DNA from: Podarcis cretensis
Taxonomy: Eukaryota
Length of the DNA: 64,000 bases
Assembly: GCA_951804945.1 (NCBI GenBank)
Contig: OX638154.1
Location: 68,262,001-68,326,000 of the forward strand
Direction of reading: 5' to 3'
Position numbers and translations under genes: made by a program. The notes below the pieces were generated by a model, which did no database searches, was not told where the DNA came from, and worked only from the letters and a program-made list of their open reading frames with translations. This document shows positions 62,168 through 64,000 of the stretch, piece by piece. Each line of letters opens with the position of its first letter. The stretch's first letter is position 1.

Positions 62168-62934
62168 CTACAACATTCTATAACCCATTCTATAACATTT
62201 TTAATGGGCTACAACATTCTATAACCCATTAAAAATGTAACCTTACTTAACCAGTTCAGATTATTATAACTGAACTCTAAACAAGTCTGCAGGCTTATAA
62301 TGAAACCAATTATGCAGTAAGAAATTTCCTGTTGAAATTTTTACATATTTTTCTATTTGGGGTTTTCCATTAAAAGCAGCAGCATATTTAAAAACAGAAC
62401 TCAGATAGTCTCCTTCCAAATCCATGTAAGCAGCCACCCCATTGCATTTGAGCAAACATTGCAGAAGTTGACATCTGTCCACAAAAAAGGGCTTTCAATC
62501 CCTTCCCTGTTACAGGTCCCTGCATCTCCTCAAAAAAACCTTTCCAAGGAGAAAGGTGTGATGTGAGAATATGTGAAAATCATGCAGAGGCACCTTGCGC
62601 AAACAAACTTCTGATGCAACACTGAGTCCAACCCGCTGTCTAAATTTACTTTTAACCTTTTTACACTGGATATTTGGGCCCAAGAAGATATAAAACATGA
62701 TTAGAAGATAGGATTGAGCAAGAAATATCCTCAAGAGGGATTATAGAAAACTATAGAATGTCCTTTCCCATATTTCCTCTTCTACATAAAAGGCTGCTAC
62801 AAACTGAAAAGCGGTAATAAAATGTTGGATTAGCAGCTCACAAACAATCTGTCTATGGAAAGTGTACATCTGTCTCCTGGCTTGTCTTTTGCATCACTTC
62901 ATGACGACTGCTCAAATGCTATGTTCACTTCTCA

Positions 62935-63530
62935 CGTGTTGGTTACTTCCAAGACTGGATTATTGCAACGTGCTCTATGTGGGGTTTCCTTTGTGCTTGA
63001 TACAGAAGCTACAGTTTAGTGTATAATGCCTTGTCAGCATATAACACCTGTGCTGAGAGATCTGCCCTGGTTGTCAATTTGCTACCGGGTCAAGTTCAAG
63101 GTGTTACTATCACTTGGGACCAGTTTACTTACGAGATTGCCCTACCCAACATGTGTCCTCTTGATCGCTTTGATCGGCAGAATTGACACTAATACAGATG
63201 CCACATAATATCTGTTCTGCATTTGTATGAACTTGATCAGGCTTAGTGAGGCAGTGCGTACACTTTGGAACTCCCTGCCTATTGAGATCAAGAAGGCGTC
63301 TTCATTGTATTCTTTTCAGTGCTTGCTAAAAACATTCCTGTTTAGAGAAGTTCATCCAGATGCTTAGAAATCTGAGGGAGTTTTATTCTGTTTCAGCATT
63401 TTAACTTTTGTATTTTAACTTAAAGTAAGGTAGTAGATTTTTCTTGATTTTACTGTTTTAGCTTTTGTAAACTGTTTTTGAGTTTTCTAAACAATCAAAT
63501 GGTGTATAGATTTTATTAAATAAATACATA
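62935..63530 (+). mobile_element. L2 LINE 3' fragment
   Basis: RLDYCNVLYVGFP and HITPVLRDLPWLSICYRVKFKVLL motifs, ending in an (AATA)n-like tail. Confidence 0.8.
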
Positions 63531-64000
63531 AAGTGGTTGTGTGTTTTTTTAAAGGGAGGTAAGGGCCAAAGCTCGGCAGCAGACCCATGGTATCTCAATA
63601 GTAGGAAGAAACTACTGCCCAAAGCCTTGGGGGCAGCCACTGACAGTTACTAAAGACAATACTGTTCTATGGATACATGTTCTGACTCATTACAGCATAT
63701 CTTCCTGAGTAAAAAACCCTGCCAGCTACCACTTCTTAACTATCTAACGTTTGGTTCATTTCAAAACTATATTCCTTTTATTAATATGAATATTCTGTTT
63801 TTAAAAAGCAAATACTGACTGATTCAGAAAGACTCCTTCCACTCCTATTTAAGATAGCTCTCCCACAAACAGAATCCCTATATACCACACATGTGGTGCA
63901 GTTTCAAAAGTGGTTTGTATTGCAGATCTAATTACTGTTTCTAGGGATAGAGGCACAAGACCACCCAGCAACTCTGCCGCATGAACTCAACCACTATGTG

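Overview
Vertebrate genomic DNA from a squamate reptile, probably a lacertid lizard (Sauria SINEs, Bov-B, many hAT and Tc1/mariner MITEs). The window holds the conserved block MIGA1(FAM73A)-NEXN-FUBP1. MIGA1: last three coding exons and 3' UTR (+, 3343-5667). NEXN (nexilin): complete gene (+), with a CpG-island, muscle-type promoter near 11.5 kb, ATG at 21971, 12 coding exons and an optional 95-nt terminal intron; 677 aa ending ESKS or 678 aa ending ETDDY. FUBP1: exon 4 to the end (-, 57436 down to about 39 kb), tail-to-tail with NEXN. I traced the exon boundaries by hand; they are GT-AG with consistent phases. I found no prokaryote-type or wholly new gene system. The most interesting unexplained structure is the FUBP1 3' region (about 40.5-44.1 kb). 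It has an extra Y-motif exon, three tandem terminal acceptors, a strong 5' splice site at the proximal polyA site and several micro-exons. Together they look like a combinatorial C-terminus/NMD/alternative-polyadenylation switch. Also notable: a NEXN exon-1 ORF that is either a uORF or an in-frame N-terminal extension depending on exon 2, and several nested transposons with intact TSDs. There is a 202-nt assembly gap at 42197-42398. Comparisons with human genes are from memory, not alignment.
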